Shown: positions 38,891-51,679, counted from the whole stretch's first letter. The stretch: 63,833 nt of DNA, filler included, from Octopus bimaculoides (GCF_001194135.2; 4 parts of 4 records of this genome joined end to end with filler, not necessarily neighbours in it), one strand, 5' to 3'. Numbers and translations: made by a program. Notes: generated by a model not told the origin, from the letters alone.

Positions 38891-39260
38891 CTTATTGATC
38901 TGTAGCGAGTGATTTAGAGTGCTGAGTTTCACTGATCAAAAATCTATATATCTGGCGAGCTGATTTGTAGTTATTGATTTGAAGGTACTGAGTCTCACAG
39001 ATCAAAGATCAATATATATCTAGCTAGTTGATCTATTGCTATTGACTGCAACTGCTGAGTATCATAGATCAATTACCAATATACCTAGCTGATTGTCATG
39101 TAATTTTTGATTGGGACTGTTGTATCGCATTGATCAAACACTAATATGCTTAGCTAGGTGTCTTGTATTAACTGACAGTTATTGATTTCAAATTGTTGAT
39201 TCTCACAGACGAAAGATCAATATGTCCAACTGATTGTCATAAGGCGTCGTTGATTTTGTG
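38070..39260. repeat. Degenerate tandem array of about 66 bp, second locus, interrupted by a gap and a hairpin
   Basis: Unit starts at about 38215, 38281 and 38347 give a 66-bp period. Confidence 0.75.
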
Positions 39261-39419
39261 TGATTCAGCAGTTTCGCAATCAAACTAGATACATACATGC
39301 TTGTAATTGCATACACACACACACACACACACACACACATCTTTACATACTATTACACATACACACACACATCATCATTGTTTTAACATCCTCTTTTCCA
39401 TGCTTGCATGGGTCAACCA

Positions 39420-39870
39420 GAATTCTTTGACATTTTGAGCCTACGCTCTTCAACAGAAAGGGATAAGAGGAATAAAAAAGGAGAGAGAACGATATGCACA
39501 CAAACATATATAGTCAACAAATGAGGTTCAGAGATGCTCAGCAGAGAAAACAGTAGTGCTCAAATGGTTTGAACTTATACCCCCTGTGCATAGAGGATGC
39601 TTGTAAAGACAAGAATATCATATATACAGGTGAGACATCTAGAAGCATTGCAGAGAGACTAAATGAACATTTAAGACGACAAAAGACAGTGCTCCATACT
39701 CTACCAACATGCCAAAGACCAACATGGAGGCACACTGCGTCATCTTGACATCCGCATTTTATCCAAGCACCCGTAGGACTCAACACTCAGACAAATACAG
39801 GAGTACATTCTCAAAGATGAAAAATCTCCAGTACTAAATAGGAAATATACATGGAAGGTAGTCATACCGC
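39420..39870 (+). mobile_element. Penelope-like element: GIY-YIG endonuclease fragment with an inverted terminal repeat segment
   Basis: ACKDKNIIYTGETSRSIAERLNEHL...QHAKDQHGG...LRQIQE...PVLNRK with frameshifts; Y.GET.R...RL.EH is the PLE GIY-YIG signature. Confidence 0.8.
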
Positions 39871-40191
39871 AACCCCACAGTTAATATATACATATATACA
39901 CAGCTAGAGTTGTTAGCAGGCTGTTATGTAGACGTATATATATACATATACATATATATATATATATATAGGTAAATGGATATGCAAGTAGACAGATAGA
40001 TAAATAGAGACATAGGTACATAGGTAATACAGACAGACAAGTACACACACATACGCACATACATACACAAATGAAGACATCCATACATAACTGACACACA
40101 TACATAGTCACACAAATCCATACACATAGACACATTCAAACATGCACACACAAAAAGACAGAGGTACACACACATACACACACAAACATGA

Positions 40192-40260
<69 letters not shown>

Positions 40261-41018
40261 TAAGAAAGAAAAGAAATGTAAAAGTCACAGCAAGTTCATG
40301 TAATAAAATTTATGGTGATATTAGGAACATATTACGTCATTACAAGTTAAATAAGTATCGGTTTCATGATCAAAGATTGTCAACTTATATATAGAGAAAA
40401 CTATTTTGTTGTNNNNNNNNNNNNNNNNNNNNNNNNNNNNNNNNNNNNNNNNNNNNNNNNNNNNNNNNNNNNNNNNNNNNNNNNNNNNNNNNNNNNNNNN
40501 NNNNNNNNNNNNNNNNNNNNNNNNNNNNNNNNNNNNNNNNNNNNNNNNNNNNNNNNNNNNNNNNNNNNNNNNNNNNNNNNNNNNNNNNNNNNNNNNNNNN
40601 NNNNNNNNNNNNNNNNNNNNNNNNNNNNNNNNNNNNNNNNNNNNNNNNNNNNNNNNNNNNNNNNNNNNNNNNNNNNNNNNNNNNNNNNNNNNNNNNNNNN
40701 NNNNNNNNNNNNNNNNNNNNNNNNNNNNNNNNNNNNNNNNNNNNNNNNNNNNNNNNNNNNNNNNNNNNNNNNNNNNNNNNNNNNNNNNNNNNNNNNNNNN
40801 NNNNNNNNNNNNNNNNNNNNNNNNNNNNNNNTCTCAGTATGTTGGAGAAGCAGGTTACTGTCAATCCCTATATATTTATGATTATATATATATATGTATG
40901 TATATATGTATATATTTATATATATATATATATGTATGTATATATATATATATATGTATATATTTATATATATATACATAAATGTATATGTGTATGTGTA
41001 TGTATGCATATACATATA

Positions 41019-41099
<81 letters not shown>

Positions 41100-41102
<3 letters not shown>

Positions 41103-41300
41103 TGTGTTTGTACACCCACCATCGCTTGACAACCGATGTTACTGTGTTTATGTCTCCATAACTTAGCCATTTAGCAAAACACACTGATAGAATATGTACT
41201 AGGCTTACAAAGAATAAATCCTGGAGTCGATTTCTTCGAATAAAGGTAGTGCTCCAGCATGGCTACAATCACATGAGCAAAACAAGTAAAACAATAAAAG
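41100..41300 (+). mobile_element. SINE family A, 3' half (decayed), followed by a Helitron-type 3' end at about 41315-41344
   Basis: Consensus match; CAACGCCGGGTATCTCTGCTAGT follows. Confidence 0.65.
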
Positions 41301-41509
41301 ACTATGCAACTTTAATCCCAAGCAACGCCGGGTATCTCTGCTAGTATATATACATATGCATCTGCAACACATATGAATAAACCCAGATGCAATTACACAC
41401 ACACACACACATACACACACTCACACACTCAGATTCCCCATTCATTATAAAATATGTTGTAATATTTACAGCATCAAGTTTTACATCATAACTAATACTG
41501 TTTGCTTCC

Positions 41510-41546
<37 letters not shown>

Positions 41547-41553
41547 GTCTGTC

Positions 41554-41585
<32 letters not shown>

Positions 41586-41918
41586 ACTCTATCTCATCTC
41601 TACAGACACATCTTCATAACTAGAATTCGTTTATCTTATCACCACCACCGCCGCCGCCGCCACCGCCACCACCACCACCACTGTCAGCATCACCACTGCT
41701 ATCATCACCTTTACTATTATATCCAACATCACTAAAAATTATTGCCACTGTCACCACCACCACTATCACCGCCTTCGCCCCTGCCGCCACCACCACCACC
41801 ATCACTGCTACCACCACCACCGCCACTGCTACCACCAACTCCACCATTAAGAGTGTGATACAAATTAACCTGACTCACTGACCGACTGGATTAAGAAAGT
41901 GCGTGTGTGTGTGGTGAA

Positions 41919-41982
<64 letters not shown>

Positions 41983-42451
41983 TATACACACACACACGTT
42001 TAAATCTCTCTCATTTTCTGTTTGTCTCTTTCTTCTTTTCTCTCTTTCTCTCCCTCTCTCACTCTTTCTCTCTCTCTCTCTCTCTGTATACACATGTATG
42101 TCTGTAGGTATGTATGTATGTATGCATGCATGTAGGTATTTATTCTCTTCCATATTAAACAGAAAGAAAGAAAGCTCTTTGTTTGGAATGTTGATGACAA
42201 AAACAATGTCACATTTTAAACCTGAGAAAAGTCTTGCATAATTTTACTGTTCCGCTTACAGATTGTATTTGTAATGTGCGAATCAGTTGGATGATGTCTT
42301 TTATTTGAAAATCCAAGCTTATCCAGAATGATAGTTATGTGTGTGTGTGTGTGTGCGTGCTTGTATATAGATATGTATATGTATGTGTGTATACATGTAT
42401 GTATGTATTTATGTGTGTGTATGTATGTATGTTTGTATGAGGCAACTCAGG

Positions 42452-44421
42452 CAACTGGGATAACTCCGACATAAAACCTGCGGCTCAGTGGTTACCGATG
42501 ATGTTGAATTGTTCTTCTTTTCGAGTTATGGCTACTGTTGCTTAGTGAGTGGGATTGACTCAGTGCACAGCCTTTCCTCACTTTAAAAAAAAATCTTCTT
42601 GCACAGGCACTGCACGATAACAACATGTTAAGCTTCGTGCAATAGCCATACTCGATAACGAGGAGGCAGCCATCATCACGTATGCATGTATGTATGCTAT
42701 GTTAGATCATTCTTAGTGCATAGTATGGCTATCAGTAACACAACCGCCAACCGTACCAAGCCTGCTTGGCAAGAAGGGTAGTTTTCATTGAACACCCTGC
42801 CGAATGCAAAACAAAATCTGTCAAAGGGTGGACGAACTCAGTAGAGTCAATGGTCATCCAGCAGCATGTGAAGACTGGACCTTGCACCTTAGCGTTGTTT
42901 AAAATGTGTATTGTTGCACAATGGAAATGTGTATGGCTCTGTCCCACTCGGCCACTCAACAACTCTGAAGAAAAAGTATGAAGAAATTGAGTTTGTTTCA
43001 GAGAAGACATTATATCATGATCATAAATTGGTCATCTGTGTTGACTTAAAGATGATGAATTTTCTCATGGCACAGCAATCTGGTTATACCAAATCCTCAT
43101 GCTTTCTTTGCATGTGAGACAGTAGAGACCAAGTAAACCGCTATGTTAAGAAAGACTGGCTGCCTCAAATAAATATGGCTCCATGTTGTTGTTGTTGGCA
43201 CTCCGTCGCTTACGACATCGAAGGTTCCAGTTGATCCGATCAACGGAAAAGCCTGCTCGTGAAATTAACGTGCAAGTGGCTGAGCACTCCACAGACACGT
43301 GTACCCTTAACGTAGTTCTCAGGGGATATTCAGCGTGACACAGTGTGACAAGGCTGACCGTTTGAATTACAGGCACAACAGAAACAGGGAGTAAGAGTGA
43401 GAGAAAGTTGTGGTGGAAGAGTACAGCAGGGTTCGCCACCATCCCCTGCCAGAGCCTTGTGGAGCTTTAGGTGTTTTCGCTCAATAAACACTCACAACAC
43501 CCGGTCTGGGAATTGAAACCGCGATCCTATGACCGCAAGTCCGTTGCCCTAACCACTGGGCCATTGCGCCTCCACTGGCTCCATGTAGCACTGCCAATAT
43601 ATTGGAAGAAACTTTAGTTGAGCGAAATAAGATCATTTACCCCCCTTCGCACATCAAACTCAGATTGATCAAGCAATTCGTCAAAGCTCTTGACAAAAAT
43701 GAGGAATGCTTCAAGTATATCTGCAGTATACTTCCAGACTTGATGATTGAAAAACTTAAAGCAGGGATTTTTAATGGACCACAGATCCATAAGCTCTTGA
43801 AGGACATAAATTTCATGAAAATGATGAGCGAAAATGAAGCATCAGCTTGGCTAGCCATTGCAGAAGTAGTGCAAAATTTCCTTGGGAAACACAAAAATGA
43901 AAACTATAAAGACCTTGTTACCAACTTGATATCAACTTTTCATGATACTGGTGCAAATATGAGCATCAAAATGCATTATCTTTTTAGTCATCTTGATCGT
44001 TGAAGGTGAACAATTCTATCAGGACATCAAGGAGATGGAAACTCGGCACCAAAGACATTGGCACGCTGTGATGATGGCAGACTATTGCTGGTGTTTAAAA
44101 CGAGATACTCCTGTTGCTCAAAATTCATGGTGCAGAAAGAAGCATAAATTTATTCCTTGAATTTCCTACCAAAAATCTTTGCCAATGTGCATTTTCAATT
44201 TTGAATTTTTATTGTATTTTGTTTTGTTTTGTATTACATTCTCTTTATTAATTCATATCACATGCCTCTTGTATGAGTAAAATACTCTATCAGTTCTGGT
44301 CAGAAAACTAGACCTGATAGAGAAAAACTGAGTTATTTTTGAATTTAGCAGGCAAAACCATTTAAGAATTTGTTGAAATATTCCCGGCACCAGACAAAAA
44401 AAATTTTCTTGTTGCCCAGAG
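42452..44421 (+). mobile_element. Decayed DDE DNA transposon, probably Chapaev3-like (CMC), split by a SINE
   Basis: LLHNGNVYGSVPLGHS...DLKMM..QQSGYTK..CFLC; HIKL.LIKQFVKALDK...GIFNGPQI...NMSIKMHYLFSHLD...EQFYQDIKEME; terminal CTGGG.AAC-like TIR remnants. The superfamily name is from memory of the motifs. Confidence 0.7.
43187..43575 (-). mobile_element. Full-length tRNA-type SINE (family B) with 11-bp TSD
   Basis: TSD TGGCTCCATGT at 43176-43186 and 43576-43586; head GGAGGCGCAATGGCCCAGTGGTTAGGG; (AAC)n tail; CpGs retained. Confidence 0.9.
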
Positions 44422-44590
44422 TAACATATGCATATATATGGATAGTAGAAGATGCATGGCTAAGTGACTAGAGCATCGGGCTCACAATCACAAGGTAGGA
44501 AGTTCAATTCCCAGACTTGAGCAAGACACTTTATTTCATGTTGCTTCTGTCCTCTCCTGTTTGTTGGTCATTCATGACCAAAAGGGGTCT

Positions 44591-44796
44591 TTACCCTTTA
44601 CCCCGTATTCTGTCAAATATAATGCTTATTTATTAACATTTTTTTATAATTAATCACCTATTATCTCACAGCTTTAGGAATTATTTTTAAAATGACATTG
44701 CAGGGTAAGTGTGAGATGCCTGATCTGGCCAGTTTGAACACAAAACAGGTAGAATATTTGGACTGGATATGGCCAGTTTAAATGCTAAAGTGTTAA
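44591..44796. mobile_element. piggyBac-type MITE, second copy (inverted)
   Basis: GGCCAGTTTAAATGCTAAAGTGTTAA end is the reverse complement of the 6959 start. Confidence 0.7.
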
Positions 44797-45068
44797 AGTC
44801 ATTCCCAGGAAAATGAGTTGATTGTTAAGAGCTTGATGGTATTGATCTGTGATGTCAATAAACAATAATAGACACTAATTTCAAACGAACAGAAATCAAT
44901 GCTTTATCGCATCCAATATGATTTCCACTAAAACCTTAGGAGTTTAATTCAACAATACAGTTCAATTTTTTAATACTTTAAAAGAAGATTAAAAAATAAT
45001 AGCCTCATTGATGTAATTAGTAGATTTTGCTGAAATAACAAGCAAGACATCTTTTGCATTATAAGTAG

Positions 45069-45760
45069 CTATTGTGGTGGTGGCGGCAGTGGTGGTGGTG
45101 GTGGTGGTGGTGGTGGTGTTGCAATTGCCTGAGTCAGTCGTGTCATTGTCATTGTTGTTGTCGTTGTCATCGACAATACAATATCATCATTTTCAATGTC
45201 GTCGTAATCATTATTATTATCATCAACATCATCATCATAATAATCATCATTGTCTACATCATCAACATCATCCTCATCGTAATCACCATTGTCATCATCA
45301 TTGTCATCAATTTTTTCATTGTCACCATTATCGTCTTCATCATTGTTAACATCATCATCATCATCGTCGTCGTCTTCATTCACAATGTCATCATTCTCAT
45401 TAACATCATCAGCAACATCGTCATTATCATCATCATCATTATCATCAACAACATCATCATAATAATCATCATTGTCTACATCATCAACATCATCCTCATC
45501 ACCCTAACATCATCATCATCATCATCGTCATCGTCGTCGTCTTCATTCACAACATCATCATTCTCATTAACATCATCATCAGCAACATCATCGTTATCAT
45601 CATCACTGTCATTGTTGTCTGTCAAAATCACCACTACCACCATTACCACCACCACCACCACCACCACCAACACCAAGATTATCCTCATTGTCATCACCAT
45701 CCACCATCACAACCATTAGTATCATCACCAGCGTCAATGCCACCACCACCACCACCACAT
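45069..45760. repeat. (CAT/ACC/GGT)n low-complexity tract with an internal duplication
   Basis: Trinucleotide runs; ATTGTCTACATCATCAACATCATCCTCATC and ATCGTCGTCGTCTTCATTCACAA each occur twice. Confidence 0.85.
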
Positions 45761-45879
45761 GTATACACACACAAATATATTGATATTTGCGCATATCTTG
45801 TTTAGTGCATCATTAATTAATGAATATGTGTGCGTGCGCGTGTGTACACACAAACATTAATTGATATAAGCATCTTGAG

Positions 45880-46850
45880 GGAAAAGTTATGCATAAGAGG
45901 AATCAGACGTGGTGTGAAAGAGAGATGACTGCGTTGGTATGGTCATGTGATGTGTATGGACAAGGACAGCTGTGTAAAGAAGTGCCAATCTCTAACTGGG
46001 GAGGGAACCTGTGGTAGAGATAAACCCAGGAAGACATGAGACGAGGTGGTGAAGCATGACCTTCAAATTTTGAAGGCAATGACTGGTGACTGTGACCTTT
46101 GGCAATGTACTCTGCTTAAGTGGATCCCGTCAAGCCAAGTGCACCTTTGCTGGTAGCACGTAAAATAATCAATCTTTGAATGTGGGGCCTCACAGAGGCA
46201 AAACGGCTGAGTTCTTTTTGAGCATTGGGCCTCATGGAGGCAAAGTGGCTGAGTTCCTTTCAAGTGTTGGGCCTCATGGAGGGAAAGTGGCTGAGTTCCT
46301 TTTGAATGGGCCTCACGGAGGTGAGCTGGCTGAGTTCTTTTCGAGCATTGGGCCTCATGGAGGCAAAGTGGCTGAGTTCCTTTCGAGTGTTAGGTCTCAT
46401 GGAGGGAAAGTGGCTGAGTTCCTGTCGAGCGTTGGGCCTCACGAAGGCAAGGTGGCTGAGTTCCTTTTGAATGAGCTTCATGGAAGTGAACTGGCTGAGT
46501 TCCTTTCGAGCGTTGGGCCTCATGGAGGCAAAATGGCTGAGCTCCTTTTGAGTGTTGGGCCTCACAAGCAAAGACCTTTGGCATTATGTTGTGTTTGAAG
46601 GGAAGATGTATCAAGCTGAGCAAAATCACAATCATGGCAGATACTGGTGTCATACAAATGACACCTGTGCCGGTGGTATGTAAAAGCACCCATTGCACTC
46701 TCAGAGTGGTTGGCGTTAGGAAGGGCATCCAGCCATAGAAAACCATGCCAAATCAGACTGGATCCTAGCGTAGCCTTCCAGCATACTAGCCTAGTCAAAC
46801 CATCCAACCCATGCCAGCATGGACAATAGACGTTAAATTATGATGATGAT
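45880..46850 (+). mobile_element. RTE LINE 3' end: RT tail, 3' UTR with minisatellite, (GAT)n terminus
   Basis: LRWYGHVMCMDKDSCVKKCQSL...PRKT; family D terminus at 46690-46850. Confidence 0.75.
46180..46570 (+). repeat. 42/39-bp minisatellite, about 9.5 units, open in one frame (GPHGGKVAEFLSSV)n
   Basis: Unit TTGGGCCTCATGGAGGCAAAGTGGCTGAGTTCCTTTCGAGCG seen directly. Confidence 0.9.
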
Positions 46851-46899
46851 ATATGAGATATATATATATGAATATATATATACACAGATATGACAGAAG

Positions 46900-48200
46900 T
46901 AAATAGATACCCTTATAATCGTTAAAATTTATTTAAATTTGAAATTATACATTCAAATTATCTATTAATTGTTATAATGTGAATATTTAGTAGACATACC
47001 CTTTGCATTTTTCAATGCAAGGACCCTATTATGCATGTTAATGGTCAGATGACGAATATTCTCTTGAGGAATTTCTTGCCAAGTTTCATGCAGTAACCTC
47101 AAAAGATTTGACTTTGAAGATGCTTTTTTGTTCTTTTTATGAAGTGCCCTGTCCATTATGCCCCAGAGGTGTTCAATAGGGTTCGTATCTGGTGACTGGT
47201 TTGGCCATGGAAGCTTTTTAATGCCATTTTCATCCAACAAGTCTTGGGTTATTTTAGCAGTGTGACAAGGAGCCCCATCTTCTATAAATAAATAGTCATT
47301 TTTAATCATTTCACCACTAGAGAAGATTGGAAGGAGTCCTTTCTGCAATATGGACACATATTTATCCGAGTTTATGTTTCCCTCACTCTCCACCAGCTCT
47401 GATCAACCATTGCTCCCCAGACCAGAATAGCTGCCGTGTTTCATTGTTGGCTGCAATCCTTTGACATCAAATTCTTGATCACAGAATCTCCAGACCCACA
47501 CTCGACCATTGTCAGGAGATACAGCAAATCTAGACTAATCAGAGAATATGACACTGACCAAAACTACTAGTGGCCTCTCTACCATCTCACTGGTCCAATC
47601 TTTTCTCTGCTTGATTTTGGCTGGTCAAAGAAGTGACTTCCTTCCTTCTTGCTGCTCTGACATAGTAACCTAACCAAGTTTCTGGGACTGACATCAACTT
47701 GTTCTGCTGTGTTAGAGGCCTTGCAATGAGGATTATTCACCACACTTCTCTTAGAAAAGAGAAGGGTCCTGTTAGAGGGCCCTGGTTGATCTGGGTGAGG
47801 TCATGTGGACTCCTTCCCTGTCTGGCGAATTGCACAATCACTATATTAACTGTAGAAAGTGGGATCCCAGGGTTTTCTGCGATGTTATGTTGACTATGTC
47901 CACCTTCAGATTGGACACCTCCAAGGTCATGCGCTGTTTATCTTGATATGAGATCACCATGTCATGCACATATGGTTGTGATGCATGTGCTTGGTGTACC
48001 CTTATCAGACGGGTAGTCATGATGGGTATATTGGGCTTCGTATTTTTTACCCGAGTGTCATTTTGATGGCATGCACTGCTCTCTCACTCAATACGGCCTC
48101 TTTGAAATTCAGACAGTTCCAAGGCTTCTTTTATACATGGCATGATTAAACAGCTACATATAGAAGCTGAAACATAAAAATGTCAATTAATAAAAAACAT
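46900..48200 (-). mobile_element. Decayed Tc1 (DD34E) transposon with a 150-bp insertion
   Basis: ORF 46965-47393 DGAPCH...WPNQSPDTNPIEHLW with 34 residues between D and E; upstream PTMKH..ILVWGAM and VIFSD remnants. Boundaries approximate. Confidence 0.85.
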
Positions 48201-48273
48201 AAACCGTTACAAGTTAGAATAAGCATAAAACAATGTTTTATGTGGTGTCTATTTACTTCTGTCAGTCTGTGAA

Positions 48274-48510
48274 TATCTTGTTTCTTTATTGCCCACAAGG
48301 GGCTAAACATAGAGGGGACAAACAAGGACAGACAGAGGGATTAAGTCGGTGACATCGACCCCAGTGCGTAACTGGTACTTAATTTATCGACCCCGAAAGG
48401 ATGAGATGCAAAGTCGACCTCGGCGGAATTTGAACTTTGAACGTAACGGCAGACGAAATACTGCTAAGCATTTCACCCGGCGTTCTAATGATTCTGCCAG
48501 CTCGCCGCCT
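48274..48510 (-). mobile_element. SINE family C, well preserved
   Basis: GGCGGCGAGCTGGCAGAATC head, box B-like GTTCAAATTCC, AATAAAGAAAC end. Confidence 0.85.
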
Positions 48511-48602
48511 TATGTGAATATCTGTGAATATCTGTCCCAGCATCTCTCTCTCTCTTTCTCTCTCTCAATACATGTGAGTATATATACATGCCTGTATGTA
48601 TG

Positions 48603-48651
<49 letters not shown>

Positions 48652-48686
48652 GTATGTATGTATGCATGTATATATATGTATATATA

Positions 48687-48856
48687 TCATCATCATCATC
48701 ATCATCATCATCGTTTAACGTCCGCTTTCCATGCTAGCATGGGTTGGACGATTTGACTGAGGACTGGTGAAACCGAATGGCAACACCAGGCTCCAGTCTA
48801 ATTTGGCAGAGTTTCTACAGCTGGATGCCCTTCCTAACGCCAACCACTCAGAGAGT
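48687..48856 (-). mobile_element. RTE-type 3' end (family D)
   Basis: (CAT)n then GTTTAACGTCCGCTTTCCATGCTAGCATGGG. Confidence 0.8.
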
Positions 48857-48857
48857 G

Positions 48858-48896
<39 letters not shown>

Positions 48897-50262
48897 NNNN
48901 NNNNNNNNNNNNNNNNNNNNNNNNNNNNNNNNNNNNNNNNNNNNNNNNNNNNNNNNNNNNNNNNNNNNNNNNNNNNNNNNNNNNNNNNNNNNNNNNNNNN
49001 NNNNNNNNNNNNNNNNNNNNNNNNNNNNNNNNNNNNNNNNNNNNNNNNNNNNNNNNNNNNNNNNNNNNNNNNNNNNNNNNNNNNNNNNNNNNNNNNNNNN
49101 NNNNNNNNNNNNNNNNNNNNNNNNNNNNNNNNNNNNNNNNNNNNNNNNNNNNNNNNNNNNNNNNNNNNNNNNNNNNNNNNNNNNNNNNNNNNNNNNNNNN
49201 NNNNNNNNNNNNNNNNNNNNNNNNNNNNNNNNNNNNNNNNNNNNNNNNNNNNNNNNNNNNNNNNNNNNNNNNNNNNNNNNNNNNNNNNNNNNNNNNNNNN
49301 NNNNNNNNNNNNNNNNNNNNNNNNNNNNNNNNNNNNNNNNNNNNNNNNNNNNNNNNNNNNNNNNNNNNNNNNNNNNNNNNNNNNNNNNNNNNNNNNNNNN
49401 NNNNNNNNNNNNNNNNNNNNNNNNNNNNNNNNNNNNNNNNNNNNNNNNNNNNNNNNNNNNNNNNNNNNNNNNNNNNNNNNNNNNNNNNNNNNNNNNNNNN
49501 NNNNNNNNNNNNNNNNNNNNNNNNNNNNNNNNNNNNNNNNNNNNNNNNNNNNNNNNNNNNCTTGAAACATTACAATATATAAGTATGTATGTAAATGGGT
49601 ATGTATGCATGTATGTACGTATGCATGTATGTATGCATGTATGCGTGTCCATGTATGCATGTATGTGTCTGTATGTATTTATGTTTGTGTGTGTGTATAT
49701 ATGTATGTATGCATGTATGTATGTATGTGTGTGTGTATGTGTGTGTATGTGTGTGTATGTGTATGTTTGTGTGTGTGTGTATGTATGTATGTATGTTTAA
49801 GTGGCTCGATATGTTTCCATTACAGAATAATTAGAGTAAATATAAATGTAAGTACAACCACAACAACAACCACAACAGCAACAACAACATCAACAACTAA
49901 AACAATAACGACTACAACAACAACAAGCTGGATTTGCGTTTATCCATCGTTAATCTTGGTAAATTCTTTTCAAGCTGTATCGTTAAGCTAAAATAACGAA
50001 GTAACGGTGTACCTTGATAAGTTAATTGTTAAAGGAAAAACTGATCGAGAATTTCTAATTAAATCTTGCCAAATATAATCTTTGAGATAAAAACATCCAA
50101 TTAAGTATAGTAATAGCACTAACGAATATTGATGTAGTCCTTAATTGGTATAGTGTGAGAGCTATAAGTGTATGTGTACATGCGTGTGTGTGTATGTATA
50201 TATATATATATATATACATGCACACACACATATGTATACATACATATACATATATGTATATT

Positions 50263-50304
<42 letters not shown>

Positions 50305-51453
50305 TGTATATGCATATATATGTAAATGTATCATACATACATAGATGCATACATATATATATATTCTTTAAATTGTTTCAGCATTAATCCTGTGGTTATG
50401 CTGGGGCACCACTGCTGATTGTGCTACAGCACTATTTGAAACCTCCCCTGATATGTGGCATTTGTTGAATGAGGGAGTTTGAAGTTGCTGTCCCCATCTG
50501 TGTTTCCTACCATGAGGTAGGCTCATCTGGAACCCTTGATAGGAGGAGATCCTATGTTTTGAAGACACCTACATCCACACCATGCATGTCTCTTATATAT
50601 TTATATATATATGTATAAGTAAGGTTATATATGTACATATATGTATCTAAGACGTATCAATTCACCGTTAGACGATGGTGAGAGGGGCAAACGCACACAC
50701 ACACATATATGTGTGTACGTGTTTACATATGTGTATATGCATATGTATATATGTGCGTATATACAACCTTCAACAAAGTAACTGTCATGTATACAACTTG
50801 AACTGACGCACATATCAGTACATAAACATACATTCACATGTACATACATACACATACATACATACACATNNNNNNNNNNNNNNNNNNNNNNNNNNNNNNN
50901 NNNNNNNNNNNNNNNNNNNNNNNNNNNNNNNNNNNNNNNNNNNNNNNNNNNNNNNNNNNNNNNNNNNNNNNNNNNNNNNNNNNNNNNNNNNNNNNNNNNN
51001 NNNNNNNNNNNNNNNNNNNNNNNNNNNNNNNNNNNNNNNNNNNNNNNNNNNNNNNNNNNNNNNNNNNNNNNNNNNNNNNNNNNNNNNNNNNNNNNNNNNN
51101 NNNNNNNNNNNNNNNNNNNNNNNNNNNNNNNNNNNNNNNNNNNNNNNNNNNNNNNNNNNNNNNNNNNNNNNNNNNNNNNNNNNNNNNNNNNNNNNNNNNN
51201 NNNNNNNNNNNNNNNNNNNNNNNNNNNNNNNNNNNNNNNNNNNNNNNNNNNNNNNNNNNNNNNNNNNNNNNNNNNNNNNNNNNNNNNNNNNNNNNNNNNN
51301 NNNNNNNNNNNNNNNNNNNNNNNNNNNNNNNNNNNNNNNNNNNNNNNNNNNNNNNNNNNNNNNNNNNNNNNNNNNNNNNNNNNNNNNNNNNNNNNNNNNN
51401 NNNNNNNNNNNNNNNNNNNNNNNNNNNNNNNNNNNNNNNNNNNNNNNNNNNNN

Positions 51454-51467
51454 CGCTCTTCCGATCT
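51454..51467. other. Illumina adapter remnant CGCTCTTCCGATCT at a contig edge
   Basis: Exact match to the 3' end of the standard Illumina adapter/sequencing primer, immediately after an N gap. Confidence 0.9.
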
Positions 51468-51679
51468 CTTACACATGTACATACATACACATACATACAT
51501 ACACATACATTCACACATACATACACACACACACACACACAGACATACACATATACATACATATGCACATATACACACACATATACACATACATATTGCC
51601 CCTTGGCATAAAGAGCATATATACATCTACTTATCATGAATTTTATGTGGACTTGTCTGTATTTTTCTTTTATATATTG

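Noticed and set aside
38070-39260. CRISPR-like appearance of the 66-bp array
   Set aside because: No constant repeat with unique spacers, no cas genes, eukaryotic context.
42150-42230. Unique-looking stretch with acceptor-like sites on both strands
   Set aside because: No good donor and no recognisable peptide in any frame.
45069-45383. Asp-rich 104-aa ORF resembling an acidic biomineralisation protein
   Set aside because: Lies in a (CAT)n tract that is open in several frames on both strands; no splice or signal-peptide support.
50013-50139. Possible BROMI exon (..DLIRNSRSVFPLTINLSR) resembling recalled GRKLFPIKL
   Set aside because: Similarity is short and split between two frames; weak acceptor; no partner exons.
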